A DNA stretch of 11,653 nt from Octopus sinensis. Lineage: Eukaryota. Positions 1 through 9,356 of the stretch are shown in pieces. A program made the translations under genes and the position numbers. The DNA lies in contig NW_021826879.1 in the NCBI RefSeq assembly GCF_006345805.1, positions 1 to 11,653 of the forward strand, in the 5' to 3' direction. The first letter of the stretch is position 1. The number at the start of each line of letters is the position of its first letter. Under the pieces are notes generated by a model, which searched no databases, had not been told where the DNA came from, and was given only the letters and a program-made list of their open reading frames with translations.

Positions 1-700
1 CATTTTTTCGGCGCTGTGCTTCGAACTGCAGTCGTGTTACTCCCGTTATTTGTTACATTATTTGGAGTCCTGTTTCTTCTTTATGTTTCCAGACAGTCTG
101 CCCCTATTCATTTTCCATTTCCTTATTATTACAAGACGGTTGGAATGGTGCTACTGGTTATCATGAGGAGATTGTATCCATTTGCATCGGGTCTTGACAC
201 TGAGGGCAAGGCGATGTCTGCCAGAGTTTTAGGAGCCACAACTAGTGCTGCCTTGAAAAAAATGGCAATTTCCGTTGTTGTTGTTTTTGTGACTTTTCTT
301 ACTGATTCCTTCTTTGTCTTTCGAACTCCGCGTCAAAAAATTTTCAAGTTAGACTTAGTGATATATATGCAGCAATAAGGCTTTCTTTTCCACACCATCA
401 ATCTCACGGCCTTTCCTTCTGCACATTCGTCGAGGCACAGCCCCGGCATGATTCCCTGGATTCTGAGGGGACATTAAGGACTCCTGTGGTTATTGAGATT
501 CTAACCCATTCAATATCGTTTATGATTACCTCGGACCTCACTAACTGCAAGAATTGTGCCACAATGGTATCTACGAATCAATGACAAACATCATTACCAA
601 TACTTTTCATTTTGGCCTTTGTATTGCAGCAATCCATACCCTGTGGTACTAGTGCATAAGAAAACACCTGTCCGGCTTGCTTCTTCAGCACGTAATCAGT
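1..700 (-). mobile_element. Decayed non-LTR retrotransposon ORF1 (L1/Tx1-like gag-like protein) remnant
   Basis: Manual minus-strand translation gives VRSEVIINDIEWVRISITTGVL, then after a frameshift LRIQGIMPGLCLDECAEGKAVRLMVWKRKPY-CCIYITKSNLKIF*. At 374-333 the spacing is C-x2-Y-x4-N-x4-stop with codons TGC/TAT/AAC/TGA, and the last three are each one substitution from TGT/CAC/TGY, so this is a degenerate CCHC zinc knuckle. A K/T-rich low-complexity tail follows. Boundaries are approximate. Confidence 0.5.
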
Positions 701-749
701 CTTAAAATTGCATTACCGCCGTCATTTCCCTTCTATTGAGAAAGGAGAC

Positions 750-1330
750 ACCTATCAAGGGCGGGCAAAATTCCTGAGATCCATGGATGAGTTCCCTCCA
801 GTGGTCTTTGTCCCTCATCATCGCTGCCATGTCTTGTGACTCTCAGAGACCAGTGTCTGTCTTTAGGGCATCAACATATGTCGCCCTTTTCTAGTATGTC
901 CATGCAGGGGCTCCCACAGGAGTACTGAGTGCAGTATGGACTCTGAATGACGGCGAGCATATCCAGCTAACCACAGTCTCCTCTGTGTTATTTTCGAGCT
1001 AACTATTGGGAGGTTCTCATACAGCTCTGAGTTTCTCATCTTCAGTGTGTACTGATTAATGTTCAGAGCCATCCTTAGCATTCTTGTGTAGCACCCATCC
1101 ATCAGCTGAGTGAGTTTCTTGGTCAGTGTCCAAGTCTCAGACCCGTACAACAGCACAGACTCCACTGCAGCAATGAAGAGACGGATCTTCTGGACCCTAC
1201 GAAGGTCCGACTTCCATAGGGATCTCAAACTGTGGCATGCCGCCCAGGCTTTGCTCGTCCTCTCAACTATATCACTATCGGTGCTCCCAATCTTTACTTC
1301 CAGATACAAGAAGTCCTCAACCAACCCTAG
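750..1330 (-). mobile_element. RTE-clade LINE, 5'-truncated 3' end of ORF2 (RT motif 7, thumb and C-terminal domain), pseudogenised
   Basis: ORF 863..1372(-) reads VEDFLYL..KAWAACHSLRSLWKSDL..KIRLFIAAVESVLLYGSETWTLT..MDGCYTRMLRMALN..RRLWLAGYARRH..LLWEPLHG..RKGR. After a frameshift near 880 it continues TYVDALKTDTGL*ESQDMAAMMRDKDHWRELI. These are typical RTE C-terminal motifs. Confidence 0.9.
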
Positions 1331-1349
1331 GGAGATATATATTTGCACG

Positions 1350-1961
1350 CACCTACCAGGGATTTTGTGCACTTGGGATCCACAATCAGCACCAGGGGAT
1401 CAAGTACACCAGAGATACGGAGAAGGCTCGCGATAGCGAGGCAAACGGTACAAGATATGGAGAACATCTGGAAGAGTCGTGGCGTGTCAATGCTGCTGAA
1501 GATAAGGCTACTTTGGGCTGCCGCTTTCTCTATAGCGACGTAAAGCTGCGAGTCGTGGACAATGTTGAAGGCAGACGAGAAAAGAGTGAGCGCTTTTGAA
1601 ATGTGGTGTTACCGCAGAATCCTTAGATTATCGTGGACGGAGGGAAGGACGAACAACTGGGTACTAGAAAAGATCGGTTGCGAGATGACGCTTCGGCGAA
1701 ACGTCATAAAGCGGGAGCTACGGTTCTTTGGCCGCGTCATGCGCCGGGATGAACTTGAGCGAACGATCATAACTGGCAAGGTGACCGGCAGACGTAAAAG
1801 AGGCAGACCACCCCCACTTCTTGGCTGAAAGACATAGCAGCCACAGGATTGTCTTTATTCTCAGCTGTCCATGGGGTAGAGCACAGGAGAAGGTGGCAAG
1901 ACATCGTGATGACCACAGCAACGCGTAGTGCGACAGCTGACTAGGATGATGATGATGATGA
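1350..1961 (+). mobile_element. RTE-clade (BovB-like) LINE, 5'-truncated 3' end of ORF2 with (GAT)n tail, pseudogenised
   Basis: One frame reads RDFVHLGSTIS..EIRRRLAIAR..IWKSRGVSMLLKIRLL..FSIAT*SCESWT..AFEMWCYRRILRLSWT..RFFGRVMRRD..GKVTGRRKRGRP. The TAA at 1541-1543 replaces the Y of the YGCESW motif. After a frameshift near 1815 it reads SWLKDI..HRRRWQDIV..AD* (TAG 1942-1944), followed directly by (GAT)5 at 1945-1959, a short-tandem-repeat tail typical of RTE elements. Confidence 0.92.
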
Positions 1962-2042
1962 CCAGGGTTAACTTTAAGGAGCAGTCTCAGCGACAGGTAA
2001 CTGCTTCTGGGGATGCAGAAAGAAGTATACTTCCACTTCACG

Positions 2043-2243
2043 TTTTGGCACAAGGCCAGCAATTTCAGGAGTTGTTAAGGTGATTACATTGACTCCAGTG
2101 ATCAGCTGGTACTTGTATTATCGACCTCGGATGAATGAAAGGCAAAGTCAGCCTAGGCGGAATTTGAACTCAGAACGTAAAGACGGACGAAATGCCACTA
2201 AGCATTTTGTCCGATGCAGTAATGATTCTGCCAGCTCACCTCC
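2043..2243 (-). mobile_element. tRNA-derived SINE, family B (head GGxGGTGAGCTGGCAGAATC)
   Basis: The reverse strand starts ggaggtgagctggcagaatcattactgc (A-box-like) and has a B-box gagttcaaattcc (2171-2159). The central block gctgactttgcctttcattcatccgaggtcgataatacaagtaccag resembles the MetaSINE/Sauria-type domain, judged from recall. It is homologous to the copies at 5504-5720 and 7030-7152. Confidence 0.85.
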
Positions 2244-2306
2244 AAGAGAGCGATCTTAACGCCATCTACCGTCATACAATCTTTTCAAACTGTTTCAGGG
2301 TGAGAT

Positions 2307-2316
2307 CAGTAGCAGT

Positions 2317-2351
<35 letters not shown>

Positions 2352-2356
2352 TGGTG
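2307..2356. repeat. Compound (GCA)n/(GTA)n microsatellite
   Basis: Directly visible. Confidence 0.95.
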
Positions 2357-2384
2357 CGTGAACTCCTTTGCATGTGTAAGCACA

Positions 2385-2510
2385 TGTGGATATATACATA
2401 CATAATTCATACTTACATGCGCATATACATGTGTATGTGTGTGTATGTGTGTGTGTGTGCATGTGTGTGCGTGTGTGTGCGTGTGTGTGCGTGAGTGTGA
2501 GACTGTGTGA
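2385..2510. repeat. (TG)n-dominated microsatellite with TA/TGCG variants
   Basis: Directly visible. Confidence 0.9.
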
Positions 2511-2589
2511 ATGCTTGATTAATACATTTTGCAAAGATTCTCATTCCGTTTCGCAAATGAATATTTTTCAATCACGTAATGATGAAATG

Positions 2590-3075
2590 TAGAAAGAAAG
2601 AACGAAAGGAAGGAAGGAAGAAAGAAAAAGGATAGAGACAAAGTTTGTGTTACGAAGATGAGACTGGGAAGATGTTCAATGAAGAAGAAGAAGAAATAAA
2701 GGAAGCAAATGAAGTGGTAAAAGAATTAAAACAGAAGAAGAAGAAGAAGAAGAAGAAGAAGAAGAAGAAGAAGAAGAAGAAGAAGAAGAAGAAAGAGGGG
2801 ACGAAAGAGGGGACGAAAAGGTGGTGATGGTTGAGGAGGAGGAGGAGGAGGAGGAGGGGAGAAGAAGGATGAAGAGAAGAAAAAGATGATGAGGAGGAGG
2901 AGGAGGAAGAAAAAGAAAAAGAAGAAAAAAAAGAAGAAGAAGGAGAAGAAGAAGAAGGAGAAGAAGAAGAAGAAGAAGAAGAAGAAGAAGAAGAAGAAGA
3001 GAAGAAGAAGAAGAAGAAGAAGAAGAAGAAGAAGAAGAAGAAGAAGAAAGACACATAAAAAGAAAAGAAGGAAAA
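2590..3075. repeat. Polypurine tract: (GAA)n, (GGA)n and (GGAA)n
   Basis: Pure (GAA)n at ~2733-2793 and ~2940-3049, (GGA)n at ~2833-2856, and a 12-bp tandem duplication agaggggacgaa at ~2794-2817. Confidence 0.97.
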
Positions 3076-3379
3076 TGATGTGTCGATGAAGCGTTGCTTG
3101 TGTTTGCCAGAGACGAAATTAACCAAAGAAAACTTAAGTAAACAACAGGAGGTTCAGCTCTTGTTTGTTTTTGTTTTTTTCTTTCTTTTCATTTTCTATT
3201 TTATTTTCTATCGTTCTGAGGCAACCAGAAGAAAGTGGAAAACGCTGGTCGGAACTCGTACATGAAATAACAGATGTTGCTCACATTCATCATATAACCG
3301 AATCCTGGTTGCGTTCTATTTTGTGCTTCTTGCTCATCTTCTCGTCAACCATACGCAAAGAAAGAAACAAACCAAAATA

Positions 3380-3411
3380 ATACATACATACGTACATACA
3401 TACATACATAC

Positions 3412-3463
<52 letters not shown>

Positions 3464-3833
3464 GTTATTATATGTATATATATATATTATAATATTATAT
3501 ATGTATATATATATGTATATATATATATGTATGCATATGCGTATATATGTGTATGTGCATGCACGTGGATGTAGAGTTTTATATATATATGTATATGTAT
3601 GTGTGTGAGCGTATATTTATATATATATATGTATATGTATATATATATGTATATCTATATCTATATGTATGTATATATGTATATATAAATGTATATCTAT
3701 GTATGCATGTACGTATGTATGTATGTATGTATGTATGTATGTAGGTATGTATGTATGTATGTATGCACGCATGTATGTATGTATGTATGTATGTATGTAT
3801 GTATGTATGTATGTATGTATGTATGTATGTATA
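3380..3833. repeat. Compound (CATA)n-(TA)n-(TATG)n microsatellite
   Basis: Directly visible. Confidence 0.97.
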
Positions 3834-3923
3834 GTGAGAGAGAGAAAATAAAAACCTGTTTTACATGCCCTCAATTTTTCACCCAGCTTTTTGTGTTTCT
3901 TTCCCCCTATTTTTTAAACTTTG

Positions 3924-4180
3924 ATATATGTATATATATATGTATATATATATATTATATATATATATAATATATATATTATATATATATATACATAAGT
4001 TTGTATATATATATATATATTAAACACATACATACATACATAGTTACATACATACATACATACGTACATACATACATACATACATACATACATACATACA
4101 TACATACATACATACATACATACATACATACGTACGTACATACATACATATATACATGCATATATCATATACATACGTGA
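3924..4180. repeat. Compound (TA)n-(CATA)n microsatellite
   Basis: Directly visible. Confidence 0.97.
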
Positions 4181-4261
4181 GAATGCGCACAGACAAATAC
4201 ACATACATCACTTCGAAGAATTTCTTTTTCCGAAAAGGAAAAAGAAAAGGAAAACGAAAGA

Positions 4262-4306
4262 AAAATAAAATAAAATAAAATAAAGTAAAATAAAGTAAAA
4301 TAAAAA
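4262..4306. repeat. (AAAAT)n pentanucleotide repeat
   Basis: aaaat/aaagt units are directly visible. Confidence 0.9.
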
Positions 4307-4669
4307 CAAGGTCGAATTTCAATTAAGACTTGTCAAAATGACATTAAATTGGTTAAAATCACGAACGAAGCTTTATTTTGATGACATTTTCCTCGCATCG
4401 TTCCTTGTTCTAAGCAGTGGAAACTTATAAATAAATCATGTTTTCGTTGGTGTACAGTTAAAACAGTTTACTGGGAAACACTTCCACTAATACAATAAGA
4501 GAACGGTAAAGGAAATATATACGCAAACACATACATGTGCAAACGCATAGACGTACCTACACGTACACACGCGCACATACATACACACAAGCTCACACAC
4601 ACACGTATGTGTGTGTATAAGAAGGCAATGAGCAAGAGAACACGGAAGCAAGGAAGGGACAAGTTTCAA

Positions 4670-4703
4670 TGTATGTATGAGTATATATATATTTATGTAT
4701 GTA

Positions 4704-4780
<77 letters not shown>

Positions 4781-4838
4781 TGTGTATGTATGTTCATATA
4801 TATATGTATATATATATGTGCGTGTGTATGTATGTATG

Positions 4839-4888
<50 letters not shown>

Positions 4889-4970
4889 TATATATATACA
4901 CACACACACACGCACACATATAGACACGAACACATTAATTTACACGCATACATGCATACATACATACATG
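4670..4970. repeat. Compound (TA)n-(TG)n-(TA)n-(CA)n microsatellite
   Basis: Directly visible. Confidence 0.95.
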
Positions 4971-5074
4971 GGTCAGCGGCCATATTTATGTTCAGCATTC
5001 CGAATTTGCATATTTTAAGGTTGCCGGGGACAAGGAAAATTTTCCTCTTTCTCTTTACTTGTTTATTTACTCGG

Positions 5075-5076
<2 letters not shown>

Positions 5077-5145
<69 letters not shown>

Positions 5146-5146
5146 C

Positions 5147-5211
<65 letters not shown>

Positions 5212-5212
5212 A

Positions 5213-5245
<33 letters not shown>
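5077..5245. repeat. Long (TA)n microsatellite
   Basis: About 170 bp of nearly pure TA with a few interruptions. Confidence 0.98.
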
Positions 5246-5247
<2 letters not shown>

Positions 5248-5417
5248 TATTTTGCTTCTAGGAAAAAGAAATATGATATAAAAATTTCTCTACGTTTCAT
5301 TTCAATAACTTACCAACATTCTTCAAATAATTTAGCGAGTTTTAGTTTATGTGTTAAAGCCGCCATTTTCTTTCATTTTCTTTTCATTTAGGCGAATTGA
5401 AATTTACGACTGAAAAC

Positions 5418-5500
5418 GTTGCTGCTGTTGTTGTTGTTGTTGTTGCTGCTGCTGTTGTTGTTATTGTTGTTGTTGCTGCTGCTGCTGTTGTTGTTGTTGT
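5418..5500. repeat. (GTT)n/(GCT)n microsatellite in three alternating blocks
   Basis: Directly visible and abuts the 5' end of the SINE at 5504. Confidence 0.95.
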
Positions 5501-5503
5501 AGA

Positions 5504-5720
5504 AGGCGTTGAGGTGGCAGAATCGTTAGCGAATGAGACGAAATACTTAGCGGAATTTCTTCTGACTCATCCGTTACGTCTTGAGTTCAAATGTTGTCAA
5601 ATGCTGCCGACGTTGACTTCGTCAGTCATCCCTTTCGAGGATGGCAAAATGTGTACAAGTTGAGCACTGCCCCTCCCCTCAAAATAGCTGTTCTTGTCTC
5701 AAAATATAGAAAAGAATTAT
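5504..5720 (+). mobile_element. tRNA-derived SINE, family B, diverged copy
   Basis: ggcgttgaggtggcagaatcgttagc..gaaatacttagcgg..gagttcaaatg..gttgacttcgtcagtcatccctttcgagg is colinear with the reverse complement of 2043-2243. It carries a small internal duplication, tcaaatgttg/tcaaatgctg. Confidence 0.8.
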
Positions 5721-5729
5721 TTCGGTTGT

Positions 5730-5870
5730 GCATGTTACTGTTGCAGTTTTTGCAGCTGCAGCTGTTGCTGCAGGAGTTGTCTTTATCGGTATTGATGGTG
5801 GTGGTGGTGGTGGTGGTGATAGTCGCCGCCATCGTCGTCGTTGTCCTGGTAGTGGTCATGGTGGCGCTTC
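5730..5870. repeat. Degenerate trinucleotide tract (GCA/GTT/GTG/GTC)
   Basis: Includes pure (GTG)n at ~5798-5818. Confidence 0.8.
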
Positions 5871-5935
5871 GTCCCAGCAGAATTACGGTTGAATGAAGTC
5901 TTATGAAAAAAACAAAGAAAAAAAAAGAAAAAGGT

Positions 5936-6181
5936 GAACAGTTTCTGACGATCGAATTTCATTCAGAAAGTCTAGGTCGACACGACACTGTGGTAAAGAC
6001 ACTTGCTTGTCAAAAAGAGTCTGCGCAGTGAAGCAAGAGGAAGTGACTTCACAACCAAGTGGTTCCGCGTTCACTTCCTCCTGCTTCACTGCGCAGACTC
6101 TTTTTGACAAGCAAGTGTCTTTACCACAGTGTCGTGTCGACCTAGACTTTCTGAATGAAATTCGATCGTCAGAAACTGTTC
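5936..6181. repeat. Near-perfect long inverted repeat: 111-bp arms (5936-6046 / 6071-6181) with a 24-nt spacer
   Basis: Base-by-base comparison shows the arms are reverse complements at 110/111 positions, with the only mismatch A6036 vs C6081. The spacer contains aacca-ag-tggtt (6053-6064) on the same symmetry axis. Confidence 0.99.
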
Positions 6182-6330
6182 GGAAACCTTTCGGACGGAT
6201 TGTACTCGTTTTTCAAACAAATCCAACCTACACACACACTATGCCACATTAATTATCTCTTGGAATACTCAGCCACTTTGTTGTTAATTCAAAGAGTCGG
6301 TCATCCTGTTGATCGAACAGTTGCATGCCG
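6040..6330 (+). mobile_element. Old, diverged tRNA-derived SINE (family A head plus module T tail); includes the right arm of the palindrome
   Basis: cttcacaaccaagtggttccgcgttca..cactgcgc..gcaagtgtcttt..gtcgacc..gaaactg is colinear with the reverse complement of 6775-6895. Then tgtactcgtttttcaaa..ccaacct..cacact..ggaatactcagccacttt..gttaatt..gttgatcg (6200-6320) is colinear with the reverse complement of 9770-9925. Confidence 0.75.
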
Positions 6331-6414
6331 AAAGTTTATGAGCAATAAATATATTTTGGCAATTTCTTTTTTGTAAATGCAATTCTTAATAACATTGAAT
6401 TATGAAAATATACC

Positions 6415-6924
<510 letters not shown>

Positions 6925-6996
6925 ATAATAGAATTTCTTTTAACATGAGGGTTCAGTAGAGGGGTTCATATGCAAAAAATGGTTTGAGATCCTCTG
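6925..6996. mobile_element. Possible terminus of a non-autonomous hAT-like DNA transposon
   Basis: It ends aaaaaatggtttgagatcctctg, whose reverse complement cagaggatctcaaacc resembles the CAGTGGTTCTCAAAC termini of hAT-Charlie/MER5-type elements. No partner TIR was found. The AT-rich stretch at 6335-6412 may be the interrupted internal part. Confidence 0.35.
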
Positions 6997-7029
6997 GGTC
7001 AGTCAACGCCTTCGTTTCCAATTCTTGAA

Positions 7030-7152
7030 AGGTACTTTATGTTTTCGATTCTGGAGCATGAAAAGCAAAGTTGATCTTGGCAGGATTTGAGGCTAGAATT
7101 TAAAAAGCCGGAAGAAACATCGCTTAGCATTTTGTTCGACGCTCTAATGATT
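7030..7152 (-). mobile_element. Degraded SINE family B fragment
   Basis: ggtacttt..atgaaaagcaaagttgatcttggcaggatttga..cgcttagcattttgttcgacgctctaatgatt aligns by eye with 2108-2227. A further tail fragment, ttttggcacaa, lies at ~7196-7206. Confidence 0.7.
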
Positions 7153-7289
7153 ACATAATCTCAACACCCCTTTTAGCTAAATAATGGTTTTAAATTTTTG
7201 GCACAAAACCCTAAGTCTTTTCTCTCTTCATCACCGATTCTTTACCAAGAAAAACGTCTGAGTTTGGCCAGTTCAACTTGGCTCCAGCG

Positions 7290-7874
7290 TCATCGCAATG
7301 TTTGCAATCAAAATATAAAAACAACCAGAAAACATATCACAACGCTCTTTAACCGACCTTCAAAAAGCTCAGCCAATTCACCAGGTTGGGTCGGATGATG
7401 ATCGACAAATTTAAGGTGTTGGAAACAGATGTTAAGCCTTGGACGGATGAAGTATGCAGTGGAAAGCAATACGTGCGTACGTGTTTCAACAAAACTCAAA
7501 CACTTATCACAATGGATGCCAGGTAGTCTTTACGATCCTACAACACCAAACTTGCAGTCTACAAACTCTTCAGATCTAAATCCTATGGAGTTCAACGCAG
7601 AGAGCGTTGCTGAAAGAGAGACACATCGAGATCCTCAAGCTACAGCTTCAATAAAGGCCGCCATTGTCCAGGTGATGACGGAGATGAATAAGAACCATTT
7701 AGTGCAGGGATGTCTACGATTCCGGTTCTGCACTGAAGCGTTAATCGAAGCTGGAGGAGAATTCATGGAATATTCTAACAAGAAAACTTATCAAGAATTT
7801 TATACAAAATACATTTGGTTTTTGCAACGATAAAGTTGTTTTATTGGATTGCTAAATAACTCTCGCATCTTGTA
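7290..7874 (+). mobile_element. Tc1/mariner-superfamily transposase remnant, internally deleted and frameshifted
   Basis: From 7413 it reads KVLETDVKPWTDEVCSGKQYV, then across a tacgtg duplication YVFQQNS (the FQQD motif). It continues SQWM..NSSDLNPMEF..VAERETH..SIKAAIVQVMTEMNKNHLVQGCLRFR..EALIEAGGEFME (the SPDLNP motif and a typical C-terminus) to ~7770. A possible right end ..cgcatcttg|TA lies at 7872-7874. The 5' boundary is uncertain. Confidence 0.85.
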
Positions 7875-7880
7875 TATGCA

Positions 7881-8050
<170 letters not shown>

Positions 8051-8267
8051 TTTATTTATCCACACACACACACACATATATGCATGCACACATATATGCA
8101 TATATACACTAACCCCTCCCCCCACACACACGCACCATAGAGGTAAACAGAAGATGCAACAGTAATTAGTAGAGAAATGATGGGAGTGGCTTGTAAAGGA
8201 GATGATGAGCGGTTAGATACATGGCGGCTGGAATGAACCACCCTTCACTATACATGACAATATCAGC

Positions 8268-8303
8268 GATGATGATGATCATGATGATCATGATCATGAC
8301 GAC

Positions 8304-8350
<47 letters not shown>

Positions 8351-8401
8351 CGATGATGGTGATGAATTTGACGATTATGGTGATGATGATGACGATTATG
8401 G

Positions 8402-8461
<60 letters not shown>

Positions 8462-8477
8462 CGATTATGATGACGAC

Positions 8478-8521
<44 letters not shown>

Positions 8522-8583
8522 CGATGATGGTGATGATGATGACGATTATGGTGATGATGATGATGATTATGATGATGATGATG

Positions 8584-8617
<34 letters not shown>

Positions 8618-8639
8618 CGATTATGATGATGACGACGAC

Positions 8640-8689
<50 letters not shown>

Positions 8690-8742
8690 CGATGATGGTG
8701 ATGATGATGACGATTATGATGATGACGACGATGATGATGATT

Positions 8743-8775
<33 letters not shown>

Positions 8776-8812
8776 GTGATGATGATGGTGATGATGATGG
8801 TGATGATGATGA
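8268..8812. repeat. ~545-bp (ATG)n/(GAT)n array with patterned GAC/TAT/GGT variants
   Basis: Directly visible. The triplet phase is kept throughout, which produces the poly-Met and poly-Ile ORFs. Confidence 0.98.
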
Positions 8813-8977
8813 AGATCTCAGCAACAACTTGGCAATTAACACCGTTTCCATGGTAGCTTGTAAAGCGGAAATATGCCGGTTTTCCTAATTGCACGGTTGG
8901 GTAAGCGATGCGTAACATGACCGTCTCTTGGCTAACCTTGTTTACGATATCGGCAGGAGATGAGGCGAGAAAGCTAG

Positions 8978-9356
8978 AACAACGAACATCAACAACAACA
9001 ACAACAACAGCAATCGTGATTGGGAAGCTGACAACAAAAACAACAAAAATTATTGAGGTCCCAGCACCACCACCACCACCACCGTCACCAACAACAACAA
9101 CAACAACAACAACAAAAACAGTGATGGAATTAGCAACAGAAAAACTTACAAAACATCCTGATAACAAGAATAGCAACAATGGCACACTAACAACAACAAT
9201 ATTAAGTGTGACAACAATAGCAACAAAACTGATATAACCGCCGCCGCTGCCGCCACCCGCACAGTTATCAACAGCCACAACTGTGATAAAATTAGCAACA
9301 GCAGAAGTGAGAGCAATAACGCAGATAACAATAGCAACTACAGGACAGCAACGGCA
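8978..9356. repeat. Degenerate (CAA)n/(CCA)n/(CCG)n low-complexity tract
   Basis: Runs of aca/cca/ccg triplets. The same tract resumes at ~9690-9740 and ~10115-10160, between and after the SINEs. Confidence 0.85.

Noticed and set aside
16-378. 120-aa hydrophobic ORF on the plus strand
   Set aside because: It is the antisense shadow of the K/T-rich ORF1 remnant on the minus strand and has no recognisable family.
735-1990. A target-site duplication bracketing both RTE fragments
   Set aside because: Only a trivial aaggag match was seen, and it does not sit at the element boundaries.
3160-3360. Pyrimidine tract followed by unique sequence, a possible exon
   Set aside because: The acceptor is a weak GAG, there is no convincing donor in frame, and the peptide is unrecognisable. 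It cannot be excluded without RNA-seq.
5901-6252. Two ORFs on opposite strands with nearly identical peptides (MSKRVCAVKQEEV...)
   Set aside because: This is a direct consequence of the palindrome. The underlying sequence is a decayed SINE and the starts are non-ATG.
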